Counted from the stretch's first letter, positions 39,220 through 48,617 are shown. The stretch: 64,000 bases of DNA from Candidatus Omnitrophota bacterium (GCA_050250375.1 JBFWOS010000001.1:1086361-1150360); one strand, 5' to 3'. Numbers and translations are program-made. The notes: generated by a model not told the origin, from the sequence alone.

Positions 39220-40563
39220 TTAAGGTTGACAGGCTCCCCCCGGACAATTCGCAGCACCGGCACAACAATCACCATTATTTACCCCTCCGACACAAACACC
39301 GGTTTGACCCGGAAGACAACAATATGGTCCTCCTGGAGCCCCGCCGCCGACACAGTTATTACTACAGCAATCCGCAGGAACCGCACAATCAATTCCATTT
39401 GGAGTACAGGATCCAGCCGTATCAAACTGGCAACACCCTAGAACTTCTTGATTCCCTGCATTACAGCCACTTATATCTGCTACACCAGTTCCACACGCAT
39501 TCTGTTGAACAGCCATACAACAATATCCGCCCCCTCCAATCCATTCACACCAAGGAAAAAATTCACATCTGGCAAAACGATTGTCGATGGCCGGTGTAGG
39601 ATATAACAAAGCCACGTTTGTTAAAAAAGATGTGCATGGCGTGTGTTCTTGACAGCCGCTGAACGGATTCCAATTGCAGGCAGATCCATAAATCTGTTCA
39701 CATTGGTCAAAGGGTAAGCCCACGCAACCTGTTGGTTCAGGGGGGGCGGGCGGGGGTATTCGTACACCGCAATCACCGGCCGAAAGCGTACAATCTATAA
39801 TACACACACCTAAAATATTGATTGATCCCGACGGACATTCACAGGATGTTGCCCCAAAACCCGGAACAAACGAAGTCGCACATTCCCACTGACATTTGGG
39901 TGCACTCCCGACAGGAGCACTGCACTTACCTTCTTCAACAAAAACAACATTCTGACTGGCAGGCAAATTGATATTGTCTTGAGGACAGATGTCCGTAGCG
40001 TATTCAGGGTCTCCTGGATTGGGTGGATTTAAACATTGATTTAAACAATTTCTATTAAATTGGCATTCCACTCGGGTGGGATTGTTGTGATCAGGATCGC
40101 CCCCGCAAGAATATAAGGCAGGAACCTCATCGGCGGCACATCCCTGAGTACCGCAATTAATTGGCACAGGCAATTGAACGGGCGTGGTACAACAAGCCGG
40201 CGTTTCAGTACATAAATAATTTAAGCCGCCCGGAGGGGAATTATAACCCAGAGGATTACAAATCCATGCTTGAGTGGCTTCGTATTCTTCACATGTTCCA
40301 TAACCGCAACATGGCGGTAAACTGCATGGTTCTTGATAACTACAAGTCCCGGTAACATCGATGACTCCAGGGGGACTTGCCCCGATTGGATCTTGGAAGG
40401 AATCTGTGACAGAGTCCTCCCAGCCTTTGATATTGGCATTCCAAGAACGGATTACGTAAGGGCTCATGACATAAACCCCGGCCAGGACTAAAATAATCAA
40501 AAGGGCATATTCAATAATACTCTGCCCTTTTTCAGAAAACAATTTTTGAAAAAGCTTCCGCAT
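39220..40563 (-). CDS. Flp-pilin-like (class III signal peptide-like) N-terminus fused to a ~400-aa Cys/Pro/Gly-rich extracellular domain
   Basis: N-terminus KGQSIIEYALLIILVLAGVYV fits the Flp motif G-x4-EY followed by a hydrophobic helix. The rest has >50 Cys (CC, CxC, CxxC patterns) and low hydrophobicity. Confidence 0.5.
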   Translation of the reverse strand: MRKLFQKLFSEKGQSIIEYALLIILVLAGVYVMSPYVIRSWNANIKGWEDSVTDSFQDPIGASPPGVIDVTGTCSYQEPCSLPPCCGYGTCEEYEATQAWICNPLGYNSPPGGLNYLCTETPACCTTPVQLPVPINCGTQGCAADEVPALYSCGGDPDHNNPTRVECQFNRNCLNQCLNPPNPGDPEYATDICPQDNINLPASQNVVFVEEGKCSAPVGSAPKCQWECATSFVPGFGATSCECPSGSINILGVCIIDCTLSAGDCGVRIPPPAPPEPTGCVGLPFDQCEQIYGSACNWNPFSGCQEHTPCTSFLTNVALLYPTPAIDNRFARCEFFPWCEWIGGGGYCCMAVQQNACGTGVADISGCNAGNQEVLGCCQFDTAGSCTPNGIDCAVPADCCSNNCVGGGAPGGPYCCLPGQTGVCVGGVNNGDCCAGAANCPGGACQP

Positions 40564-40693
40564 AGATAATAGTCCTATTAAGTAATGTTAGTATATATCA
40601 ATACTTTTTATTATTCAAGAAAAGTTATCTTTTGGAATGCGTTGTAAAAATCTTCAATATTGTATAACTAACCGTAGATATCGTTACGAAAAC

Positions 40694-43600
40694 CTATAGA
40701 CTTTGATGGCATTGAAGCAATACATCCGCTCCTAATTTCCAGCAATGATACAGGTCTCCCAGGAACGCCGCTGGACACGGAGCCCCTTCATTTATTGTAT
40801 AGCCGGGATACCCGGAGAAAGCCGCCCCGCAGGCAGGAGAGAATGGAATCAACTGTGTTGTTTGCTGAATTTTAATCCATTCCCCGTCCTCCGCACAAGC
40901 ACCCGCATCAACTGAATACCCGGAATTACATTGATATTCACATTTTGGAGCCCCGCAGGTAATCACCAGAGATCTGTTCATATTCGTCCCACCCGGGATA
41001 TTCGTATCATCCCCGGAACAATATGCTGCATTGGCCGGTACGCTACCGATACAAATATTCGGGTCGCACACTCCACCGCCGTCATGATATGTATCCGTGC
41101 AGATGTATTCACATTTCGTTCCAACCGTGCACGCAGGCACAACCGTTCGTGGCACGTCGGAATTGCCGGGGATATTAGCATCGTCTCCGGAACATATTGT
41201 TGTGTTTGCAGGCACAGCTCCTATACATTGGTTAAGATTGGTACACCCTGAACCATCGAAATTAAATCCGTCATCACAAATATATTCACATTTTGTTCCA
41301 GCAGTACAAGCTGCCACGACCGTGCGCCCGACATCAGCATTCCCCGGAATATTGATATCATCTCCGGAACAAATCGTCGCATTAATTGGAATAGCCCCTG
41401 TACATATATTTACATCACATGAAGCCCCTCCGAAATTATATCCATCATTACAAATATATTCACATTTAGTTCCAGCCGTACAAGCACCCACCAGAGTACG
41501 GGAAACATCAGAATTGCCCGGGATATTTGTTCCGTCACCGGAACATATGGACGCGTTGGAAGGAGTTGCTCCTGTACAGACATTGACATCACATTGGTTG
41601 GCTCCTCCGTCGTGATATCCGCTGTTGCAAGTATACTCACACAAAGTTACTGTACAAGCCGATACGGTTGTAACCGGCGTATCCGCCAATAATCCGGTGT
41701 TATCTCCCGGACAAATCAGTGCGTTCGCATCAGGTGTTCCTGTACACATGAACGGACGGCACGTGTTCGCGTCTTTGGTAAATCCCGGATCACAGGTGTA
41801 TTCACACTTTGTTCCGCCGGTACATGCATTCGCCACGGTCCGGCCGACATTTAAATTTCCCGGAATGTTTGTATCATCTCCGCTGCATAACGTCGCGTTG
41901 GATGGAACCGTTCCGGTACAAATATTGACGTCACAAACCCCACCGGACTCGTGGAATCCGTCATTACACAAATATTGACAATAAATCGGCAACGTACAAG
42001 CGCCTACGGCCGTGCGGACAACGTCCGAGTTCCCAGGAATTCCGGTATCGTCCCCTGCACAGAGTGTTGCGTTTGACGGAACAGTCCCCGTACAGGCATT
42101 TAAATCACACACCCCGGCGTCATAATTGTATCCGTTGCTGCAGGTATATTCACATTTTGTTCCAATCGTACAGACCGGAACCAAAGTTCGAGCCACATCA
42201 CTGTTCCCAGGAATATTCGTGCCATCCCCCGTACACAATCCCGCATTTGGCGGTACCGCCCCGGTACAGACATTGGCCACACAAATCGTTCCGTTAAAAT
42301 TGAAACCACTGCTGCAGGTATATTCACATTTTGTTCCGGCCGTACAAGCCGCCACCAAGGTTCGGGTAACATCACCATTACCGGGAATATTAATGTTATC
42401 CCCGATACACAAAGTTGCATTAGCCGGCGGCGCTCCGGTACAAACATTGGCATCACATTGATTAATTCCGGCGTCCTTATATCCGCTGTTGCATGTATAT
42501 TCACACATCGTTGCTGTACAGGCTGATACTGTTGTGACCGGCGTATCCGCCAGTAACCCAATATTATCTCCCGGACAGATGGTTGAATTCGAAGCCGGGG
42601 TGCCGATACAATCAAACGTTTCCACCACACAAGCTGTACCGGCGAGATTTAATTCATATCCGGGGTCACAAATGTATTCACACTTGGTCGCTGTACAAGC
42701 GCCAACAAGTGTTAAAGCTAAATTGGCCCTTCCGGTTATATTGGTCCCATCCCCCGCACACAATGTTGCATTAGACGGCGCTGATCCGGTACAAACATTA
42801 ACGTCACACTGGTTAACCCCCGCATCATGATATTCCGTGTTACACCGGTATTCACATTTTGTACCAAACGTACAGGTATTTACCGTCGAAACTGACACAT
42901 CCACGGTCAATCCTGCATTATCTCCAGCACACAGTACAGAATTCGGATCAGGCACTCCGGTACATGCCGGCGCACGACAATCGTTTCCATCAAGAACAAA
43001 ACCGGCATTACATTCATATTCACATTGTGTTCCGGCCGTACACCCTCCTGTAATAACGGCTGTTTTGGGAGTATTCGCCGGCAAATCATCATTATCATTC
43101 AGACAGATTGTGCTATTTGTCGGATCCGGGCCGGTACATAGATAAAGGGGAACACAGGTTATTCCACTGCGGACATAAAACGGCCGGCAGACATGCTCGC
43201 ACTTCACGGGCTGGGTACACGTATCGACTAAGGTATTCGGGGTGTCTGCTGTAAGGCCGGTATCATCCGGTTCGCATATGGTATCAAGATCATAATCGAC
43301 ACAGCACAAATTAGAATGGGCGGGTGCGGGACCGGTACATTGAAACAGAACACAGGCAGTACCATCACTGTAATATCCCGGGTCGCATAAATATTCACAT
43401 TTAGTTCCCGCTGTACATGCGCTGACCGGAGTCCGTGGAGTATCTGCACTTAAACCCGTATCATCGCCGGCACAGAGTGATGAATTAGTTGGAACAGCCC
43501 CGGTACAGACATACGGCACACAACTACCAGCGGAATAATAGTAACCGGCATTACAGCTATATTCACATTTTGTCGGGCCGGTACAAGAAGCAACAAGCGT

Positions 43601-44956
43601 AATCGGAACATCTCCTCTGGTCAGGCCGGCATTATCTCCCGAGCATATTGACGCGTTCGCCGGAGCTGCGCCGGTACAGACAAAAGTACAACTTCCACAG
43701 GTGTACTCATCTCCGCACGGGTTAATACTGCAATCTCCGGTATAATTATATCGGCAGTTTGAACCCGATACCTGACAACCGTCGCTTAAACTGACCGGAC
43801 AATCGGTATAACTGGCACAAGCCGGTGCGATCGCGTAACAGGCCTGAACCGGAGGTTCCAAACAATATCTGCATTCACCGGATGATAATTTTGTATAATC
43901 ATCGCATAAATATTCACATTTTGTTCCGGCCGTACAGGTCGCTACTGAAGAATTCGGTGTATTTGCTGTCAGTCCGGCATTATCTCCCGGGCATAAAGTA
44001 GAATTAATCGGGACCGCGCCGGTACAAGAACAAAAACCGCAATCGGCATTACAACTAAATCCACTGTTGACTGTCCCGCAAGTCTCCGTCCCGGTACAGC
44101 ACCCGTCCCCGCAGACATCGGTCGTGCAATCCCCAGGACAGGTACACTTATTTTCCACTCCGTTACAAATTAAATCCCCGCAAACCGGCACCGCGCAATC
44201 CGACGCACAGCTCACACTATCTTCCGTACCGTCGCATGTTCCGTCCCCGCAGCATGGCGAACAGCTCCCACACGTGCCGCATTGACCGGTGCAATCAAAA
44301 TGGGAATCCCCGCAGGAACACGCCCCGCATTCAACACAGGGATTATACCCCGGCCCGGCCCCGCCGGTGCAGTGTTCAGTACCGACAGCACAAAACCCGT
44401 CACCGCAGACAATCGGACAGGCCCCGCAGTCACTCGTACACATCGGGTCCCCTGTCTCCGGAGCAGGCAACATGCTATCGTTAGATCCGCAGCTTTCCTG
44501 AAAACCCCAATACGTTACGGCATTGGAACACACCCCATCACCGCAAGTCGGACATTCGGCCATAGTCACACCGAGAAATGAACCTCCCAGCACAGCGGCT
44601 TTAAAACTGTTCCACTGGGTCTGAGTCGCCGTGGGAATAAAATATTCTATAATGGACGTGTTGGATATATCCCAGCATTCCGCTTCACCAACATTAGGTG
44701 TTGTGTTGGAGGTATAACTCAAATTAATTCGTAGAGAAGGAATCGTTCCAAGACCTGCATTCCCATCGAGCATATATCCGCCGTTTTCCCATCCATAAAT
44801 CCGGCAGTTGACATTTCCTGACGGGCCGTCATCACAATAACATCCCGTAGCCGGCGGCACACAAGGATCACCGACCGCTGAAAATGCCGCAGAGGCAAAA
44901 CCCAGCATTATGGTTGTAATGAGACCGCCTATTTTTCCCCAAGAACGTTTTTTCAT
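40694..44956 (-). CDS. Giant secreted cysteine-rich repeat protein (about 17 tandem six-Cys modules of roughly 57 aa)
   Basis: N-terminal signal peptide (MKKRSWGKIGGLITTIMLGFASAAFSA). The repeat consensus is roughly CTGxxPxNxxLCxGDxxxIPGNxDVxRTxVxACTxGTKCEYxCxxGYxxDGxxCDVN. Many spurious overlapping ORFs on both strands come from the repetition. Confidence 0.8.
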   Translation of the reverse strand: MKKRSWGKIGGLITTIMLGFASAAFSAVGDPCVPPATGCYCDDGPSGNVNCRIYGWENGGYMLDGNAGLGTIPSLRINLSYTSNTTPNVGEAECWDISNTSIIEYFIPTATQTQWNSFKAAVLGGSFLGVTMAECPTCGDGVCSNAVTYWGFQESCGSNDSMLPAPETGDPMCTSDCGACPIVCGDGFCAVGTEHCTGGAGPGYNPCVECGACSCGDSHFDCTGQCGTCGSCSPCCGDGTCDGTEDSVSCASDCAVPVCGDLICNGVENKCTCPGDCTTDVCGDGCCTGTETCGTVNSGFSCNADCGFCSCTGAVPINSTLCPGDNAGLTANTPNSSVATCTAGTKCEYLCDDYTKLSSGECRYCLEPPVQACYAIAPACASYTDCPVSLSDGCQVSGSNCRYNYTGDCSINPCGDEYTCGSCTFVCTGAAPANASICSGDNAGLTRGDVPITLVASCTGPTKCEYSCNAGYYYSAGSCVPYVCTGAVPTNSSLCAGDDTGLSADTPRTPVSACTAGTKCEYLCDPGYYSDGTACVLFQCTGPAPAHSNLCCVDYDLDTICEPDDTGLTADTPNTLVDTCTQPVKCEHVCRPFYVRSGITCVPLYLCTGPDPTNSTICLNDNDDLPANTPKTAVITGGCTAGTQCEYECNAGFVLDGNDCRAPACTGVPDPNSVLCAGDNAGLTVDVSVSTVNTCTFGTKCEYRCNTEYHDAGVNQCDVNVCTGSAPSNATLCAGDGTNITGRANLALTLVGACTATKCEYICDPGYELNLAGTACVVETFDCIGTPASNSTICPGDNIGLLADTPVTTVSACTATMCEYTCNSGYKDAGINQCDANVCTGAPPANATLCIGDNINIPGNGDVTRTLVAACTAGTKCEYTCSSGFNFNGTICVANVCTGAVPPNAGLCTGDGTNIPGNSDVARTLVPVCTIGTKCEYTCSNGYNYDAGVCDLNACTGTVPSNATLCAGDDTGIPGNSDVVRTAVGACTLPIYCQYLCNDGFHESGGVCDVNICTGTVPSNATLCSGDDTNIPGNLNVGRTVANACTGGTKCEYTCDPGFTKDANTCRPFMCTGTPDANALICPGDNTGLLADTPVTTVSACTVTLCEYTCNSGYHDGGANQCDVNVCTGATPSNASICSGDGTNIPGNSDVSRTLVGACTAGTKCEYICNDGYNFGGASCDVNICTGAIPINATICSGDDINIPGNADVGRTVVAACTAGTKCEYICDDGFNFDGSGCTNLNQCIGAVPANTTICSGDDANIPGNSDVPRTVVPACTVGTKCEYICTDTYHDGGGVCDPNICIGSVPANAAYCSGDDTNIPGGTNMNRSLVITCGAPKCEYQCNSGYSVDAGACAEDGEWIKIQQTTQLIPFSPACGAAFSGYPGYTINEGAPCPAAFLGDLYHCWKLGADVLLQCHQSL
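40950..43750 (-). repeat. Intragenic tandem coding repeats (~170-nt period) inside the giant Cys-rich gene
   Basis: Recurrent nucleotide blocks such as ggtacaaaatgtgaatat / cggaacaaaatgtgaatatac visible every ~170 nt on the plus strand. Confidence 0.7.
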
Positions 44957-44988
44957 CTTTTGTTTTTTCCAGGCCGATTTTTATAAAT

Positions 44989-46170
44989 TCAGCGGGAAGA
45001 ATCCATTTCCATGCCGCGCTTGATTTGATTAATTTCTTTTCTCAAAGAATCAATCTCTTCACTTTGATGTTCGATCAATACCTGCTGTTCTTTAATCGCT
45101 TCAATCATCGGAGCGATCAAATTTCCGTATTTCACATATTTTCTGCCGGACGTTTCATCCGTATGAACCAACTCAGGATAAACTTTTTCGACATCCTGGG
45201 CGGTAATCCCGATATCCTGTTGGCCATTCTCTTTCCAGGTATAACTCAAACCTTCAATTTGTTTAATACCGCTCAACCCTAAAACCGGTTTAAAATTCTC
45301 CTTCAGACGGGCATCCGAAGAATATAAATAAGCATTCGCCGTAACGGTCCCGTTAACATCAAATTCGGTGGTCGGAGCGGCATTTAAAACCCCGATCCTC
45401 CGGGTAGATTGAAGGATCGTCAATAAATGGCTGGCATTATCCGCATCATAAACGTAAAATTGGGCCCCTCCGCCGATGTCACTGTGAACATCAAAACCAC
45501 CGCCAGGAGCTATGGCCAAATCACCGTTGGTCGTGGAAATCGCCGGATTTGCCCCGTTAAAAATCAAATCATTGGTCAACTCAACATCACCGTTGACCTC
45601 CAGCTCCGATGTAGGACTGGTTGTACCGATTCCGACATTTCCCGCACTTGTTATACCCAGACGAAACGCCTCAGCCCCTTCAGCACCGCCCCAAATTGAA
45701 AATCCGTCGGTCAAGCTGGTTTGATGCGCGCGCAATTCCCAAACGGAGTCGGCGGCATCTGTGTTCTGAATCCTGATCGCCGTAAAATCCGTAGCTGCGC
45801 TCTGAACATGCAGTTTGGTCGCCGGAATATTTGTCCCGATGCCTATATCTGCGGTAGACCATGATATGGGATAAAGATCCGTACCGTCCAAAGTCCATTC
45901 ACCAACAGAGTTGGTATAAGAAGTTCCGTCGCAAAACTGTAAATCCCCTGAAACATCAACATACATGGTCCCGGTCGTTGAAACGCTGCAAGCCGGTGGA
46001 GACGCATTCGGGGCCAGTCTTAATGATTGATATACACCAAAGGGAGACGGATAATACGTTGTCATCGTCAAAGTCTCTGCCTGGGCTAAAACCGGCATCA
46101 CCATCAAGGTGATGGTAAGCATCGTGATTCTATATTTTTTTATCATGTCCCTGCCTTTTTGTTGCGTCAA
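44989..46170 (-). CDS. Secreted fibre-like protein with C-terminal peptidase S74 intramolecular chaperone auto-processing domain
   Basis: Signal peptide (MIKKYRITMLTITLMVMPVLAQA). C-terminus SDARLKENFKPVLGLSGIKQIEGLSYTWKE...DIGITAQDVEKVYPELVH...YGNLIAPMIEAIKEQQ matches the SDxRxK...IGxIAQE chaperone-of-endosialidase/tail-fibre domain. Gly/Thr/Ser-rich middle. Confidence 0.7.
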   Translation of the reverse strand: MTQQKGRDMIKKYRITMLTITLMVMPVLAQAETLTMTTYYPSPFGVYQSLRLAPNASPPACSVSTTGTMYVDVSGDLQFCDGTSYTNSVGEWTLDGTDLYPISWSTADIGIGTNIPATKLHVQSAATDFTAIRIQNTDAADSVWELRAHQTSLTDGFSIWGGAEGAEAFRLGITSAGNVGIGTTSPTSELEVNGDVELTNDLIFNGANPAISTTNGDLAIAPGGGFDVHSDIGGGAQFYVYDADNASHLLTILQSTRRIGVLNAAPTTEFDVNGTVTANAYLYSSDARLKENFKPVLGLSGIKQIEGLSYTWKENGQQDIGITAQDVEKVYPELVHTDETSGRKYVKYGNLIAPMIEAIKEQQVLIEHQSEEIDSLRKEINQIKRGMEMDSSR

Positions 46171-46457
46171 AAAAAAACCTATCCTTCATCCAAGAAGAAT
46201 AGGCTTATCATTGACTATGATGCTGGCAACTGGCTATCCTAAAAAAACTAGGACCCTTTAGCTTTGTGCCCCACCTTCTCAGATGGTTTACCTTTTGCAT
46301 GTATTTTCTGTTCTCTAGTATATAAAGCATAACATACGCTCTTTTCATTTGCCAGATTACTTTAACATGGGTAATATTAGGATTGAACAAAAATGTCATA
46401 AATGTTATACTCGGTAAATCTTCGAAAAGTTCATAACTATAATCCTTTCAATAAAAA
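46171..46457. promoter_or_regulatory. Divergent intergenic region (likely promoters for the fibre gene and the cvpA-like gene)
   Basis: 287-nt AT-rich spacer between divergently oriented genes. No specific boxes verified. Confidence 0.3.
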
Positions 46458-47216
46458 ATGAACAATTCAATCGATATTGCCGTCTTGGTCTTATTCCTTT
46501 ATTACTTTTGGCGAGGTTGGAAGAAGGGGCTATTAGGCTCTGTTCTCGGTCCGATTTCCTTGATTTTAGGTTGTATCCTCAGCTATGCCTATTTCCTGAA
46601 AACCCAAAATGTGGTTATCTCATTAGCCATCAGTCTGTTTAGCCCCATATTTCTTCAGGGGACAGTGGCTATCCTCTTAAAAATATGGTCAATCCCGACA
46701 CCAAAAAAAAATACATTGTCCCTGACCAGCCGTTTGATTGGATCGGCCGTCAGTCTGGCCTGGAGCGGAGGAATGATCATTGTCCTTATTTTGCTAATTA
46801 TGGTCATCCCTTCCGGATTTCCTTATGCCGGGAAGACCCGTGATGTGTTGTCGGAAACAAAAACTTATGCCCTGATCAACTATTATGCCCATCAGAATTC
46901 ATTACAAAACGAACCGGAAAAAATGGAACGTCTGGTTAAAACAGATGAATTTAAAAAAGTCATCGAAGATGATCATTTCAAAGAAATTATGAACGACCCA
47001 GACATACAAAAATATCTGAAAGAAAAAGATATTGAAGGACTGATGAATGATAAACACGCGCGGGAAAAAATGGCCGGCATGTTAAACAACCGGGATTTAG
47101 TCATGATGCTGTTTGAATTTCAGAAAAAAATGATTGAAGACAGTATGGGGCTAGAGGGGTTTGAAACGAAAGACCCGCCAAAACCAAAGACGATCACGAT
47201 TGAAAACCGGCTGTAA
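46458..47216 (+). CDS. cvpA: CvpA family membrane protein (colicin V production protein-like) with C-terminal soluble extension
   Basis: N-terminus MNNSIDIAVLVLFLYYFWRGWKKGLLGSVLGPISLILG matches the CvpA pattern (DIIILLILLxSxxRGFRRG...). 4 TM helices, then a Lys/Glu-rich tail. Confidence 0.55.
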   Translation: MNNSIDIAVLVLFLYYFWRGWKKGLLGSVLGPISLILGCILSYAYFLKTQNVVISLAISLFSPIFLQGTVAILLKIWSIPTPKKNTLSLTSRLIGSAVSLAWSGGMIIVLILLIMVIPSGFPYAGKTRDVLSETKTYALINYYAHQNSLQNEPEKMERLVKTDEFKKVIEDDHFKEIMNDPDIQKYLKEKDIEGLMNDKHAREKMAGMLNNRDLVMMLFEFQKKMIEDSMGLEGFETKDPPKPKTITIENRL

Positions 47217-47222
47217 CTCCCT

Positions 47223-48617
47223 TTATTTTCCTATACAAAACTGTGAGAAAATGTTATCGAGCAAGTCGTAATCAATATTTCTTCCGGTGATACCATCCAG
47301 ATAATTAACGCCGACTTTTATTTCTTCAGAGACAAATTCCAAGGATAATCCGTCTGACAGGTATTCCTGGGCTTTATTTAAGGACTGCCGGCAATCTTTC
47401 AACGCCGCAATATGCCGCATATTACTGACCAACAGGTTTTGTGAAGAAACCTGCTTGCCTTGCAAAACGTTGTCGACGATTGACTTCTTTAGTTGATCAA
47501 TATCCGTTAATTTTAACGCGGAAATTGATTGAATTATTTTTCCCGGAGCAACATTGATCAAATCCTGCTTGGTCGTTTTCTGGGGTAAGTCGGATTTGTT
47601 CAGGATGAGAATTAAATTTTGCTCTTTAAACTGTCGGATAAGATTGTGATCGGCCTCATCCAGAGGCTGGGAACCATCCACCAAAAGTAAAACTAAATCC
47701 GCTCCCTGGATATGAAGGTGACTGCGCCTGACCGCTTCTTCTTCGATAACATCCCTCGGATCTAATATACCTGCGGTGTCAACAAACAAAAACGGAAATC
47801 CGTTGATATGGGTCGTTTCTTCGATCGTATCCCGAGTAGTCCCGGCGATATTTGAAACAATCGCCCGCTCCGTTTTTAAAAAAACATTCAGCAATGAAGA
47901 TTTACCGACATTGGGTTTTCCGCATAAAACAATCTTGATCCCTTCCTTAAGTAACCGTCCCTGGTCGGCTGATGACAGTAATTGAATGACCTTTTCTTTA
48001 GCGGATTCTATATCCTTTTTCAGCCGATCCCTGCCCTTTGAATCAATTTCATCTTCCGGAAAATTAACAATAGCCTCCATTTCGATGTAAACATTCATCA
48101 GCCGTTCACGAATATATGTGAGTTCCGAGGACAATTCACCTCGCAATTGGTTCGTGCTTATTCTCAAGAAGGTATCGGTTTTCGATTGAATAATATCCAG
48201 CACTGCCTCGGCCTGCGTCAAATCAATGCGTCCGTTCAGAAATGCCCTCTTAGTAAATTCACCAGGGTGAGCAAGCCTGGCCCCGTAATCATGCGCCAAA
48301 TTCAATATGGCCCGCAGGGAAACAATCCCACCGTGACAACTGATCTCGACGACATCCTCTTTCGTATAACTTTTGGGGGACCTCATAACCGTCAAAAGGA
48401 CTTCATCCACCGTTTTCTCATCTTGAGAGACAACCCAGCCGTAATGTGTCGTATAACTTTTAAACGCGGAGAATTGCTTCGAACTACAGGACCGGAACAT
48501 TTTTGCGGCTATTCCCAAGGCTTCTTTTCCGCTTAAACGAATGATACCGATTCCTCCCTGTCCGCTCGGAGTGGATATCGCTACGATTGTGTCATTTAAC
48601 CCTTCATATTGATACAT
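47223..48617 (-). CDS. mnmE: tRNA modification GTPase MnmE
   Basis: N-terminal TIVAISTPSGQGGIGIIRLSG, G-domain GKPNVGKSSLLN, C-terminal CIGK. Confidence 0.9.
   Translation of the reverse strand: MYQYEGLNDTIVAISTPSGQGGIGIIRLSGKEALGIAAKMFRSCSSKQFSAFKSYTTHYGWVVSQDEKTVDEVLLTVMRSPKSYTKEDVVEISCHGGIVSLRAILNLAHDYGARLAHPGEFTKRAFLNGRIDLTQAEAVLDIIQSKTDTFLRISTNQLRGELSSELTYIRERLMNVYIEMEAIVNFPEDEIDSKGRDRLKKDIESAKEKVIQLLSSADQGRLLKEGIKIVLCGKPNVGKSSLLNVFLKTERAIVSNIAGTTRDTIEETTHINGFPFLFVDTAGILDPRDVIEEEAVRRSHLHIQGADLVLLLVDGSQPLDEADHNLIRQFKEQNLILILNKSDLPQKTTKQDLINVAPGKIIQSISALKLTDIDQLKKSIVDNVLQGKQVSSQNLLVSNMRHIAALKDCRQSLNKAQEYLSDGLSLEFVSEEIKVGVNYLDGITGRNIDYDLLDNIFSQFCIGK

Noticed and set aside
39220-40563. Calling a Tad/Flp pilus locus
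   Set aside because: Only the N-terminal Flp-like motif is present. No CpaF/TadA ATPase, TadB/C, secretin or prepilin peptidase is in the window, so only the motif resemblance is reported.
40950-43750. Regularly spaced direct repeats that could be mistaken for a CRISPR array
   Set aside because: Repeat period (~170 nt) and continuous coding through repeats and spacers in one frame are incompatible with CRISPR. No cas genes in the window.
40931-44581. About 20 overlapping ORFs of 60-176 aa on both strands inside the giant gene (e.g. 41097-41615, 42100-42630)
   Set aside because: They are mutually homologous because they read the ~170-nt tandem repeats in alternative frames. The long minus-strand frame with signal peptide and regular Cys modules explains the region.
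44989-46170. Prophage call based on the tail-fibre chaperone (S74) domain
   Set aside because: No integrase, terminase, capsid, portal or tail genes anywhere in the window. Neighbours are host-type genes (cvpA-like, mnmE, folC). Treated as a host-encoded fibre unless phage genes appear outside the window.
46208-46399. 63-aa minus-strand ORF in the divergent intergenic region
   Set aside because: No SD, and arbitrary His/Arg-rich sequence. It lies in the AT-rich promoter region between the fibre gene and the cvpA-like gene.
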